Origin: Octopus vulgaris | Lineage: Eukaryota | Reading direction: 5' to 3' | Assembly: GCA_951406725.2 (NCBI GenBank) | Contig: OX597830.1 | Coordinates: 16,988,001 to 17,052,000, forward strand | DNA length: 64,000 bases | In this document: positions 1-12,725 of the stretch, one piece after another | Numbering within the stretch: the first letter of the stretch is position 1 | How the letters are laid out: every line of letters begins with the position of its first letter | Notes under the pieces: model-generated | What the model was told of the DNA's origin: nothing | The model's database searches: none | What the model saw: the letters and a program-made list of their open reading frames with translations, nothing else | Made by a program: the position numbers and the translations under genes

Positions 1-374
1 TAAAATATATTTACAGCTGTCAAATAATTTGCAATTTTTAAAAATCCTTCAGAGATCTTTTAAAATTATTGGACCCTCTTTTGATTTTATTTGTGGGTCA
101 GGATGGGGGCTTTTAGATCTTAAAAGCCATTAAATTTAACTGAGTCCCTCTGAATCTACAGGTGCTTTCTTAAATTTTAGGGCTTCTTCAAACATTTTGG
201 AGTCCCCAGATTTATTGAATTCCTCTTTAACAAAATCGTAGGAGACCCCAAAACTATTGTGTACTATCAGTTAGCGGTAAGGTCAAGGTCAATGATACAT
301 AGGAGCAAGGGTTGGGGATGGAATTGAGTTCAAGCCACATATCGGGGGGGGGGGGGGCTGGATGAGTGAGTAAC

Positions 375-665
375 AGAGAGAGAGAGAGAGAGAGAAAAAG
401 GGTGTGTGTGTGTGTGCATGCGTGTGTGTGTGTGTGAGAGAGAGAGTGTGTGTGTGTGCGCACGCGTGTGAGTGTATGTGCGTGTGTGCATGCGCGCGTG
501 TGTGTGCATGCGTGTGTGTGTGCGTGCATGCGTGTGTGAGAGAGAGTGTGTGTGCGCGCGCGCATGTTTGTGCATGCGTGTGTGTGTGTGTGTGAGAGAG
601 AGAGTGTGTGTGTGCATGCGTGTGTGTGTGAGAGAGAGAGTGTGTGTGTGTGTGTGAGAGAGAGA

Positions 666-700
<35 letters not shown>

Positions 701-812
701 TGTGTGTGTGTGTGTGTGAGAGAGAGAGATAGAGAGTGTGTGTGTGTGTGCATGCGTGTGTGTGTGTGAGAGAGAGAGAGAAAGAGAGAGAGAGGGGCAG
801 AGACAGACAGAG
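375..812. repeat. Compound (GA)n/(GT)n microsatellite punctuated by GCATGC
   Basis: Directly visible; explains the HT/CV-repeat ORFs. Confidence 0.95.
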
Positions 813-827
813 AGTACACTGGAAGAA

Positions 828-925
828 ATTAGAGCTAGACAAATGGAACTCAATAGGCGAGCAGTTTAGACGGGAGATTCACGTGCCAGACACGTTCGAA
901 AGCTCTGCTGACGTCGATACCAATG
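828..925 (-). mobile_element. Short LINE RT fragment
   Basis: IDVSRAFERVWHVNLPSKLLAY resembles RT domain D..KAFD.V.H..LL.KL. Confidence 0.6.
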
Positions 926-1090
926 GCATTGCTTTCATCAAGTTTCTTTATAGTAATTAATTGAGTGACACAAAAGAATAGGTTCCCGAGTGTATCTAGT
1001 TTGACGAAAGTCACCAAACAGGTAGTTATTAAATGTTTATAATAATTGTATAGATATATTAGATGCATTTCCATTCAGAGAGAAAATTTC

Positions 1091-2541
1091 GGATCTTTTC
1101 GGTTTGAACGGCAGTTTTTTTTTTCTAACGGTGTCATATGAAATTGTCACCCATAATTATGACCCTAGTATCGATCTATTGCATTTCAATCTGTTTTAGG
1201 GTTAGGGTTAGGGTTAGGGGTGGGGGGAAGGGCATCTTTTTTTTCTTCACAAATGTAAGTAAACCCAATCTGTGGATCTTTTTGGTTTGACCGGCAGTTT
1301 CCACGTAACTAAACACTTTTAAACTTCGTATACTGGTAGAATGTCTTTATAAAACATCTTTTTCTCTTGGCTTTATTGAGAAAATTCTATAGTTTGTAAG
1401 ATATTTGTTGTTTTTTTATTCTTCAATTTCTGCAATTTCAACCAATCAATGACATCTATTGAGGTGAAAACATTCTGTGCCATATGAATATGTCCCTCAT
1501 TTAAGAAACAGATTGAAATCTTTTCGGTTTGAACGGCAGTTTTTTAAAATAATTTCCATGTAACTAAACACTTTTAAACTTCGTATACTGGTAGAATGTG
1601 TTTATAAAACATCATTTTCTGTTGGCTTTATTGAGAAAATTCTATAGTTTGTACTTATAGTAGAAAGAAATATTAAATAGGGTTTCGCATTCGGTTATGG
1701 GTTAGTTTGGGTCTGAGTTTGAATTTGGGGTTTTGGCTAGGAGTTAGGGACCATATTGATGTGTGTGCTCCAATTTAGATTGTTGTCTACAGTTACATCA
1801 AAGTCCCTGACGTTATTTGACGCTATGAGGAGCTGCTCTCCAGAAGGAAAAGAATATTGCTGTTTAAGTATATTTTCTTATTATCTTACAAACTATAGAA
1901 TTTTCTCAATAAAGCCAAGAGAAAAAGATGTTTTATAAACACATTCTACCAGTATACGAAGTTTAAAAGTGTTTAGTTACGTGGAAATTATTTTTAAAAA
2001 CTGCCGTTCAAACCGAAAAGATCCCCTTGTGTTAAGCCTACTTCCAATGCCTTTTGCTGGCCTTAAGTAAATGCCATCGATTAAATAATGGGTTTTCTAT
2101 TATTCAGAAAACATGTAATTGTAAGCTGCAGCTTACAACGGACTCTCATATTGGATAATTTCTACAGCATTCTCTCGAAAGCTTAGTAGAAGTCAAGGTA
2201 AATGGAGCTTGTATTTTAGTTCCCAGATCTTTTCAGTTTGAACGGCAGAAAATTCTATAGTTTGTAAGATATTTGTTGTTCTTTTTCTTCAATTTCTGCA
2301 ATTTCAACCAATCAATGACGTCTATTGAGGTGAAAGACATTCTGTGCCGTATGAATATGTCCCTCGTTTAAGAAACAGATTGGGTTTATTTACATTTATG
2401 AAGAAAAAAAAGATACCCTTCCTCCCACCCCTAACCCTAAAAGAGATTGAAATGCAGTAGATCGATACAAGGGTCATAATTATGGGTGACAATTTCATAT
2501 GACACCGCTAGAAAAAACTGCCGTTCAAACCGAAAAGATCC
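1091..2541. mobile_element. Cluster of rearranged TIR DNA-transposon fragments carrying (TTAGGG)n
   Basis: Six copies of the terminus GGATCTTTTCGGTTTGAACGGCAG in both orientations; internal ttaggg repeats at 1196-1219; superfamily not assigned. Confidence 0.7.
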
Positions 2542-3678
2542 AAGGTACCTTGTATTAAACATACTTCCAATGCCTGCTGCTGGCCTTGAATAAATGCCGT
2601 TGATCAAATAATGGGTTTTCTATTAATCAGAAAACATGCAATCCACTGCAGTAGCAGCTTACAACGGACTCTCATATTGGATAATTTCTACAGCATTCCC
2701 GCGAAAGCTTAGTAGAAGTCAAGGTAAATAGCTCTTGTATTTTAGTTCCCTCCCAGAGCATTTAGGATCCACCAAAGTAGAGGAGGGGCTATGTTAGCTA
2801 ATCTTTGTCACCAAGTAAACCACATTGGTTATCCTTTATGTTTTTTTTATATTCGGTAGCGTGTGATTTGAGGGAGACTTAGTTGCTATTTCTAACAGGT
2901 TGTGTTGAGTCGTAGAGGCTGTTCTGCTGGTTAAATTTGTTTTGCTTATTACGAGATGTATTTGCAAATCACTTGACAGAGCAAAATGAAACAAAAAATA
3001 AGGCCGTCAAAGAAACATAAACAAAACATTATTTAGCTTTTGTCACGAAGATAACAAGTGTTTGCATAGGGATAAAATTGGTATTTTATAGAATAACTGA
3101 CGCCTAGGGTCCGTCGCATCAGCCTGCTTATTGTATTTTATCTGTGACATACTTTCAGTTCTTTCGTTACATATTACCCAAGTCCTATTATCTACGTTGC
3201 GTTTGTCACGTACAACGTCGGTGCAAAAACACTTCACTTTTCACTTTGATATGAACTGAATTACAATTTGGGTGGGTTGGCTATATGAGTAGGCTATATG
3301 TACTGCCGTACACATGTCATTGCATCTCTGTATGTGTGTACGTGTGTGTGTGTGTGAGCATAAGTTTTTGTATGTATATGTGATAGTATGTGAGATTATG
3401 TATGTGAACTAATTTGATAAAGAGCTAACATTTCCGGTTTTATTCATTCTGCGGTGGATAGGGCGAATTGCACAGTTGTGTGTGTGTGTGTATTGTATTT
3501 ATGTACGCATACACGTTTAAATATATCTATAAGTGCGCATGCATTATAAAAATATATATGTGCGTACGTGCGTGTATATGTGTGTGTGTATACTCTATGT
3601 TTGTATTGAGTACTGTCACTATCTCTCCCCACCCCAGATCGGTACTTCACAACGGATATATATATGTGTGTATATATA

Positions 3679-3727
<49 letters not shown>

Positions 3728-4064
3728 AGAAAATGGATGTAATAACATTGGGAAGCTCGTGGTTTTCGCTGGTATGTCTTTAATTAATTAGATAACAAAG
3801 AAGGAAGAAGCAGAGATGAAGGTGTATATATATACAAAAAATTATTTTATATAAGACTTCGCTAATAAATAGACAAATGTTGGGAAAAATGGTGATTTTA
3901 ACTCACAGTATTCAATTATTAAACATTCATAACTGGAATGAATAAATTAAATTGAATATTAGGTATTTATGGAATTTTGATTTACTGTTGGGTGACCTTT
4001 GGCCAATCCTATATATATGTTAGTGTATATATATATTGGTGTGTGTGTATATGTATGTTTATAT

Positions 4065-4111
<47 letters not shown>

Positions 4112-4117
<6 letters not shown>

Positions 4118-6370
4118 GTACCCGGCGTTGCTCGGGTTGCGAACACTGTCATTCTAAGAACACTTAATTTCTAGTCTAACGACCAGTGCTGCCCCAGTGA
4201 TTTGTTGCTAGACATCGCAAAGCTTACACGAACTGGAAATTGCAACCGCCTGAAAGTAAAAGGGATTTTCGCTTCTGACAGAATAAGAGGAATCTTCTGT
4301 ATGAAGACGTCGTCTCCCTTTCCACATCCCTGTACTTGAACCACAAATAACTGGGATCACATAACATGCATATTTGCAATATCACTGCAAACAACGCCCT
4401 GAGACCTTTGGGGGACTTTGATGCAGCGGCCTCTGCCAGCGTTGCATGACACTGTGCCCCATCTTCTAGCAACCCGTGCTTGAAACAGGCATCTCGGTAT
4501 GTTCCACATAGCTAGTTATCAAAGGTTTTCAGATCCTGTAAACACTCCTATTGAGTGGGATGGAATGTGTAAACTCTTCCAAAGCAATTACCAGGATGTC
4601 CATCAACATCTTGACGAGATTTTCGTCATACCCATTTAATTTTGACATTTACACAAATTATGAGCTTATTGGAGCAAGTAGTCTATCAATGGATAGATTT
4701 AAAAGAGCTGCAATATTCAACATTGGTGTAGGCGCTGAATGTCTTGAGTAGGAGTGAACAGTAGGGGACTATCCATCTGTTATCAACTTCGTACTGTCCA
4801 ACCTTAGCAGTAAATCCTCCATCTTCGGGTTTTCTTCGCCTATATGATGGATTCCCGTCACGACCAGTCTGTTTCCTGAAGAAAATATCGGAGAAAGTTT
4901 TTGGTGTACACATTGTCCTTCAGACAAGACGAGTTTAAGTTGAAGCTACGTCCACATGGGCCATGCACCATGTTTGACTTCACTATAGCATAGTTTCCTA
5001 TCAGTGGATGGATTTGGTAGTTCGGCAGAGATAATATTATCGATGTCGTTGGAGTTGATCTTGGCCGACAACAAAATCAGGATATGAGCATGAGGAAGGC
5101 CTCTTTTTTGCCATTCCACAGTGTACATGTCACATTTCACGTGTCCAAATACCTGACCTTTTATGATGAGGTCCTTCAGTTTAATCAACATTAGTAGAAG
5201 GACTCTGGCCACGAGGCCATTCCTATGTTTAGGCTTTTGCCCACGAATAGTTCATTACTGACCTCCTGCCACTTAGGATTGCATGCGAAGGTGATAAATA
5301 GATCAGGTCTCCCATTTTGCCGTACACATGTCATTGCATCCTGGGTCCTCTAATGCATATAGCGGGGACCGCCTGTAAAAGTAGATGGAAGGCGGAAAAC
5401 TTTCCTATGCTTCCGGGAGCTGCCTCATTGTTGATACCATCTCGAAAGTGGAAGTAGCTGTCACAACGCAGCTTTTTTCTGATTTAATCTGATGAACCCC
5501 AATCTCTCAGACTCCATTTTTGCACTCATATCAACTGCAACTTGGTGATAGAGTTCTTGTGACCGGTGTAGGTGGTTGAAGCAGTTCTTGCGTTTCATAA
5601 AGCGGTACGCGTAGAACTCCATAATGAAGCTGATTTGCCTCCAGCATTTTTGGTGCTGCGCTTTGGAATGCCATAATGATAACCATTCTCACCATTTACA
5701 AAGAGAAGAGGATACTGAAGTGCATCGTAGGATCTATGCGTTTAACAGATCCTCTGTAGCGTGTTGTTCCGACGCTTGAGAACAATATCTCTGCTCTTGT
5801 ACTGGTCACCATGGAGGACAACAGCAATCTCATTGCATGTTGGTGCATTATAGCGGCCTGCGTGCTCCCCAAATGGCATTTAGTCAGCATTTAGTACTAC
5901 GGTAAGATATGGCGTAGTTTCTATTTCCAAAGCATACCGGAAGCTTTGGACACAGCTGTTTCTAGAATGCATCATAAGAAGTTGCAGAATGAGCTCCATG
6001 TCAGTACCAGGTGAAATGGGGTTTCACTTCCCTGCTTGCTCATGATAGTTTCCAATGAAGTACAGCTGAAGAAATCGAGGCTCTCCATTTTCCAGAGGTT
6101 GATAAACCTGTCCCTGCACTTCGAAAGTGGGTATAAATCCACCTTCTCTGACAATATTTGCTCCAAAAGAGGTCATTTGAAATGCGCAATTGTACTTTCA
6201 AATGTTATGCAGGATGTGCTTCGACTCTGCTGTTGTACCTGTAAGTAGAATCTTCAACGGTTGTGGTGGATCTTCAAAGGGAAGGGGCGGAATTGGACCT
6301 TCCCATTGGAGCAACACATTCCAGAATTTTCTCCTTACCATCTCTTGGCGTTTGCAGAGCTGACAAGTAA
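4112..6370 (-). mobile_element. Decayed Helitron, Rep (HUH) region with 3' terminus; helicase not seen
   Basis: Frame-broken peptides VEWQKRGLPHAHIL, ISAELP, YRRR, VDNRWIVPY, GRPDLFITF; terminal hairpin acccgagcaacgccgggt + CTAA at 4112-4137. Confidence 0.9.
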
Positions 6371-6379
6371 ATGACATAC

Positions 6380-6889
6380 CAGCGATCTGAATCTCTGGGT
6401 GGTGCCTTTTACGTCCCACCGGCACGGAGGCCAGTCAGGGGGCACTGGCATCGACCACGTTCGCATGATACTTTTTACGTGTCACCGGCACGGTTGCCAG
6501 TCAGGCGGCACTGGACATGACTACGATTTCGATTTCACTTGACTCAACAGGTTTTCTCAAGCACATCATATCGCCCGATGCTTCAAGGGTACTTTTGAAT
6601 GAGCCAGTTATGCAACACTGGCATCAGCCACGGCTGCGATCTCACTTCACTTGCCGGGTCTTCTTAATGACAGCATATCTCCAACGGTCTCGGTCCCTTG
6701 TCATTGCTTCTGTGAGGCCCAACGTTCGAAGGTCACGCTTCACCATTTCATCCCACGTCTTCCTGGGTCTACCTCTCCCACAGATTCCTTCCACTGTTAG
6801 GGTGTGACACTTCTTCACATAGCTGTTCTCATCCATACATAACACATGACCATACCAGCGCAGTCATCTCACTTGCACATCACATCTGA
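6380..6889 (-). mobile_element. RTE-clade LINE 3' fragment (ORF C-terminus plus 3'UTR tandem units)
   Basis: VEGICGRGRPRKTWDEMVKRDL...RDRWR is a typical RTE C-terminus; followed by gtgccaccggcac-type ~65 bp units. Confidence 0.85.
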
Positions 6890-9800
6890 AGGAGATAACC
6901 CAAACAATATTATCACAGCCGCCCTGAAGAGTAATGATTACTTAAGAACTGTAGCACAGATAGAGCGAAAGAAGCAGGAGTTTATAAACTCCTGTGTTTT
7001 CATAAGATCCAACATCAGCACTCTTGATGCCATCTTTGGTAATGAATAGATCAAAGATGACAAGGGTGGAGGCACGGATGTAGGTGAAAGATTTTCTCTC
7101 CACTTGGTAAGCACTTAAGGAAACAAAAAAGAAGTTATAAGCGAGAAACCTGCCAGGAAAGAAAAATCTTAAAAGCAAGTGCCCCTACTACCATCTAAGT
7201 GATAAACTGAGGAGGTGAAAGAGCAAAGAAAGGACAACCAAAAGGAGCAAAAACGAAAACAAAAGATGAAACAACCGAAGGAAGGAGCAAGTCCGACTGC
7301 CAATACAACAAAAAAAACGGGTAAAAAGAGACAGCACACACGAATATGTAAATTCTACTTGAAAGGTATCTGTTGGCATGGAGAGGGAGGTGCAAACTAT
7401 CGTTATGCACACCAAAACCCCTGTCACACCAATGTGAAACAGAGTGGAAACCACCTGCCCCAAAACGGAAATACGCAGATGTAGTGCGCACTACAACCCA
7501 GTCCTTTCAACATGTAGTTGAAAGAGCAGCTGCTGAACAACAATCTTTTTGTGCATGGCACAAAAGATTGTACAGCAACTGACCTGATTACATTAATCTC
7601 ACAGATGTGGGTATCCCCAATACACAAGACCACCGCAGCAAATGGACCCAAGATGGACACCACTGGCAACAACACAGACATAACATTGGTGCTCTTACTG
7701 AACATCAGAGGACTGTTAACACTTAGTAACATGACTAAAATTCCTTTCCTAAGAGACCTTAGGAAAGCCTTATGCATAACACTTACGGAAATGCACCAAA
7801 AAAACCGGATATAGCAAATGCAGAAATACACATACCACAGTATATTGTATTACGGACCAACAGAAAAAAAAGGGTCATGATGGAGTTGCTAATTATATCC
7901 GTGAAGACCTTACACTCGAGGTCCTTTTGTCAAATTCAAATTCAGTATGTGATACACTAAATGTACATATAAGAAAACTCGATGTAGTAATATGTACTAC
8001 ATATCTCCCTTCAGATGTTCCGAATCACGCGGACAAGTTTGAAGACTACCTTACAAAAATAGAACAACACATAAGTGTACTTCTTATGGGAGACTTCAAT
8101 CTGCCCAATGTCGGATGGCTTGAGGGCGTTTCTCTCCCGGACATGGTGCGTTGCGACAAGGACAGGTGAAGTCTCTCTTGAACCTCATCAATACTTTGTA
8201 CATAGAACAAATAGTACTCCAATCAAACAGGGAAGGTAATGTACTGGATCTCTGCTTCACAAATAATATGGATCTCATCCATAATGTGAAAGTGACACCG
8301 GCGCTACTCTCGGATCACAACATGGTAGAGCTGACGGCTCAAAGAAAACTATGGACATGCAGCCTACAAGAAACTCTCAAAATCTTTCCAGTTTGAACTT
8401 CCGTAAGGCAAACAGGAAACAAATAGAGAAAAAGATCCTCAAACAAAACTGGCCTAAATGTTTCTTCTCACCGAACATTGATATGAAACTTCAACAATTC
8501 ATGTCTATAATGCAAGCCATATGCTACAAATGTGTCCCGGAGAGAAAGGCCATTGTACATAAGAACAAAATCCCTGGGGAGAGGAAAGTTCTTATGAGAT
8601 GGCATACAAACATTTCAAAATGCCTAAACAAACAAATTGAAAGCAGTGAAAAATCCCACCTGAAAACATAACTGCTGGGAATTGAAAAAAATCTGCAACT
8701 CACCCATGAAAAAGAAAGAGCAAGCAAATAAGTCTTGGGCTATAGACAATATAAAATCTAAACCCAGACCCTTCTGCAAGTTTACCGAAAAAAACAGCTT
8801 CAGTGCACTGCAGGGTAGGGCCACTACTCGAAAAAGATGGTTCACTCACAGGAAACCCAATGAGGATAAGTGAAATACTAAATGAGCAATTCAAAAGTGT
8901 TTTCACTCCAGCCCTAGGACACTTGCAAGTCAGCAATCCAGATGACATTTTCGCCAATGCAGATATAAAAACAGAGGCAGTGATGATTGATTACATCAGT
9001 ATGAAAGAAGACGATGTAATAAGGGCTATAGATGAGATGAATCCGAACTCAGTTACTGGCCTTGATGGATTCCCAGCAATCCTTCTAAAATCATGTAAGC
9101 GAGTCCTAGCAAGGCCACTGCCGTTTCTCTTCCAGAGCTTCCTTACAACCGGCAAACTTCCAATCAAGCTGAAGGAAGGTGAAAGAGGTAGCAGAGCAGA
9201 TGCTAAAATTTACAGACCTATCTCTCTGACCTCACTCATAAGCAAAGTCATGGAACAAATAGTCAAAAGAAAATTAACCACGTTCCTTGAGGAAAATTAC
9301 TTGCTGACTAGCATCCAACATGGTTTCCGACCACGAAGAAGCTGCCTGACTCAGCTCTTACAACACAATGACTGGGTGTTGAAACAGCTGCTCAACTACT
9401 CAAATGTGGATGTGATATATTTCAACTTTGTAAAGGCCTTTGATAAAGTCGATCGTGGAATATTTCACAAACTGCGTGATCTCGGCATAGTCGGGAAATG
9501 GAGAGAATGGCTGCATGACTTTCTGAAAGATAGACGTCAAGCAGTAGTAACCAATGGGGCCACGTCCAATGACAAGCAAACAGTGTGCGGAGTTCCGCTA
9601 GGCACTGTTTTGAGACCACAACTGTCCATAATGGCTCTCTCTGATATGCCGTCAGCCACACAGAGAACCACGATCACAAGTTATGCAGATGATACTAAAG
9701 TCTCACAGGTAACACAGAACCCTCAAGATGCTATGCACCTGCAACGTGAGTTGGATGAAATATACAAGTGGGCTGAAAAGAATAGCATGTAGTTTAATGC

Positions 9801-10649
9801 TGAAATGTTTCAAGCCCTATGCTATCAGCATGCAAAACTAAATGCAATACCAATTAAATACACTGGACCTGGAGGGACTGCAATCTCAGAGACATAGTCA
9901 GTTCGAGACCTGGGCATTTATATGAGTAATGATGCATCCTTCCATGTGCATGTTGCTAAGCTGGCAATGAAATGGAAGCAGCTGACCGAATGGATTCTTA
10001 GAACTTTTAAAACGAGAGATAAAGGAACTATGATGGTCTTCTGGAGGACATTTGTCTTAAACCGCTTTGATTATTGCTCCCAGCTGTGGTCACTAACCAG
10101 TGTAAAATTAATTGCAGAACTTGAGGCAATCCAACGAAGCTACAAGAAAAAGATAGCCTCTATGCAGCATATTAGCTACTGGCAAAGATTCAAGAGATTG
10201 AGACTCTTTTCCCTAGAGCTTAGGTGAGAAGGATATGCCATAATATTCATCTGGAAGATCCTGGAGGGATTTGTCCCAAACTTTGGCATTGAGGGTTACA
10301 CTATCGCTAGAACAGGGCACCACTGCATAGTGCCAAAGACTCCAACTTATAAGACAAGATATTGCAACAGCATGGGCTTTAAAGACCCACAGCTCTTCAA
10401 TATCCTCCGCAAGGACCCGAGAGACTTGCATGAGGTGGATGTGTTTTCAAAACGAAACTAGATCTCTTACTGTCAAATGTCCCAGATGAACCAACTTCTC
10501 AGTAGGAAATGCAGATGAGGGCAGCGGCGTCAAACTCCCTCATGCACCAAATGACACGTTCTAAAGAGAATTAGGGAAGTAAAAATTATAAAGCAGCACC
10601 AAATGGCGGTGCCTCAGCTCGTGAGCTAAAACTAGTTCAATTCAATTCA
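6890..10649 (+). mobile_element. Near full-length decayed LINE, CR1/L2 group (ORF1 remnant + APE endonuclease + RT)
   Basis: APE motifs LNIRGL, GDFN, LDL, SDHN; RT motifs YRPISLTS, QHGFR, KAFDKV, GVPLGTVL, YADD; C-terminal RDLGI...DYCSQLW; several frameshifts and stops; (TTCAA)n tail at ~10636-10649. Confidence 0.9.
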
Positions 10650-10655
10650 TATATA

Positions 10656-11028
10656 TCTATCATATAAAATCCGTTCTGTGTGTGTGTCTTCTCGGATCTC
10701 GGGTATCCTCCATCCGATTGCGCTCAAAATTGATATGTAGATACCGACGGTAACAGGGCGTGTATAAATCTTGAAAAAATTACAAAAATCGATTCCAGGT
10801 GAGAATGCGATCGATAAAGCCGTGGGAACGTGCATTTGTAAATCGTTTTTCTTGGAATAGAAAAAAGTCTATCTTTATTTCTTCTTTTGCTGGTGTCTCA
10901 AATTTAGGTTAAATCAGTGTTTCTCAAAGGGGAGGCCTATGGGACGGTCGGACAAGTTGTTTTGAGAAAATTTGGTTTAAATGTTTGACAACTCAGCACC
11001 GGCCATCGGACGGGGTGCATTTTGCTCG
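10656..11028 (+). mobile_element. Non-autonomous Helitron
   Basis: A|TC start, subterminal hairpin gcacc...ggtgc, CTCG|T end (variant of CTRR). Confidence 0.6.
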
Positions 11029-11077
<49 letters not shown>

Positions 11078-11831
11078 TTCACCACGCAACCAAGAACGAA
11101 ACAAAACTCAAAGGAAAAAATAGACACCACACACACTCACACTCATACATACACACAATAAATAAATACATAAATCAATAAACAAACATATTTCTAGGGA
11201 AAATGGCGGAAACGCTTGACAAGATACATTTAAAGAAACAAGCCGTCCAGCAAATCGTACGTCAATCCCAATGACGGTTCTGCTATGACTACAGAAACGA
11301 CTGAAGCTAGAAACAGATGACCCTTATCGGTGCCATTGACCACAGCCACGACAGTACCCCCAATAAGCCCTTGATAGTTCAATGGGTTGGAAATGAGAAA
11401 AGTCAGACTGTTTCGATACCAGTAGAATAATTAAAGCGGCAAGCTGGCAGTAATCGTTACTACTCCGGACAAAACGCTTAGCGGCAATTCGTCCGTCTTC
11501 TATACATTCTGAGTTCAAATTCTACCGACGCCGACTTGCCTTTTATCCTTTTGGGGATCGATAAAATAAGTACCAGTCGACTATTGGAGTCGATGTAATT
11601 GACTAGCCCCGACCCAACTGCTCACTCCTAAAGTATTTCAGGCCTTGTGCCTGTAGTAGAAAGAATATTATGAACGCTAGTTGTTGTCGTCTGCTAATTG
11701 TTATATATATGTCTGTCAGAACATCATCTATGAACGCTAGCAGAACAATTAGCAGACGACAACTAGCGTTCATAGATGATGTTCTGACAGACATATATAT
11801 ATATATATATATATAGTATAGTATAGTATAT

Positions 11832-12199
11832 ACTCTTTTACTCTTTTACTTGTTTCAGTCATTTGACTGCGGCCATGCTGGAGCACCACCTTTTAGTACT
11901 TATTCTATCGGTCTCTTTTTGCCGAACCGCTAAGTGACGGGGACCTAAACACACCAGCATCGGTTGTCAAGCAATGCTAGGGGGACAAACACAGACACAC
12001 AAACACACACAGATATACATATATATACATATATACGACAGGCTTCTTTCAGTTTCCGTCTACCAAATCCACTCACAAGGCATTGGTCGGCCCGGGGCTA
12101 TAGCAGAAGACACTTGCCCAAGATGCCACGCAGTGGGACTGAACCCGCAACCGTGTGGTTGGTTAGCAAGCTACTTACCACACAGCCACTCCTGCGCCT
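11832..12199 (-). mobile_element. tRNA-derived SINE, same family
   Basis: Reverse complement of 30963-31346. Confidence 0.88.
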
Positions 12200-12594
12200 A
12201 TATATATATATTTAACTTTTAATACTTTTGATATTTATATAAAAAAAAATTAATTAATTAATTAATTAATTAATAAACAAAATAATATATAAATATAAAA
12301 ATATACATACATATATATATATATATTTGTATAACGGGAAGCTTTATGAAAATAGACAAAAGACGAAGGCAGGTTTACGGAAATAAACAAAAGACGAAGG
12401 CAGGTGGAATACAAACAAACAATTGTATTAGTATGGTGCTCAGGAAATATAAATAAAACAAATATTTAAAATTTATAAGTTTAAATTATTTTAATATTTT
12501 TTTAATTTTTAACTTTTATATTTTTTAATTAATTTTATGTATTGGCTTATGTTTTTCACTGTTTGATTTGCCTAATAGTGGTTTTATCTCTAAT

Positions 12595-12640
<46 letters not shown>

Positions 12641-12668
12641 CGGGTTAACCCCGAATCAACCCGGGACC

Positions 12669-12725
<57 letters not shown>

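Noticed and set aside
254-853. Long His/Thr/Leu/Ser and Cys/Val-rich ORFs (also 3468-3742, 34935-35183, 54624-54962, 57194-57567)
   Set aside because: Translations of (CA)n/(GA)n/(TA)n microsatellites; no splice or homology support
1196-1226. (TTAGGG)n as a true telomere or chromosome fusion site
   Set aside because: Only ~4 units, embedded in a multi-copy TIR element
6925-6950. CTGAAGA followed by a short stem (also isolated CTGANGA at 30741, 49444, 59859)
   Set aside because: No GAAA, stem III and stem I arrangement
8803-9792. 329-aa RT ORF as a functional or domesticated gene
   Set aside because: Part of a LINE broken by frameshifts and stops, with degenerate motifs (FNFVKAFD, GVPLG)
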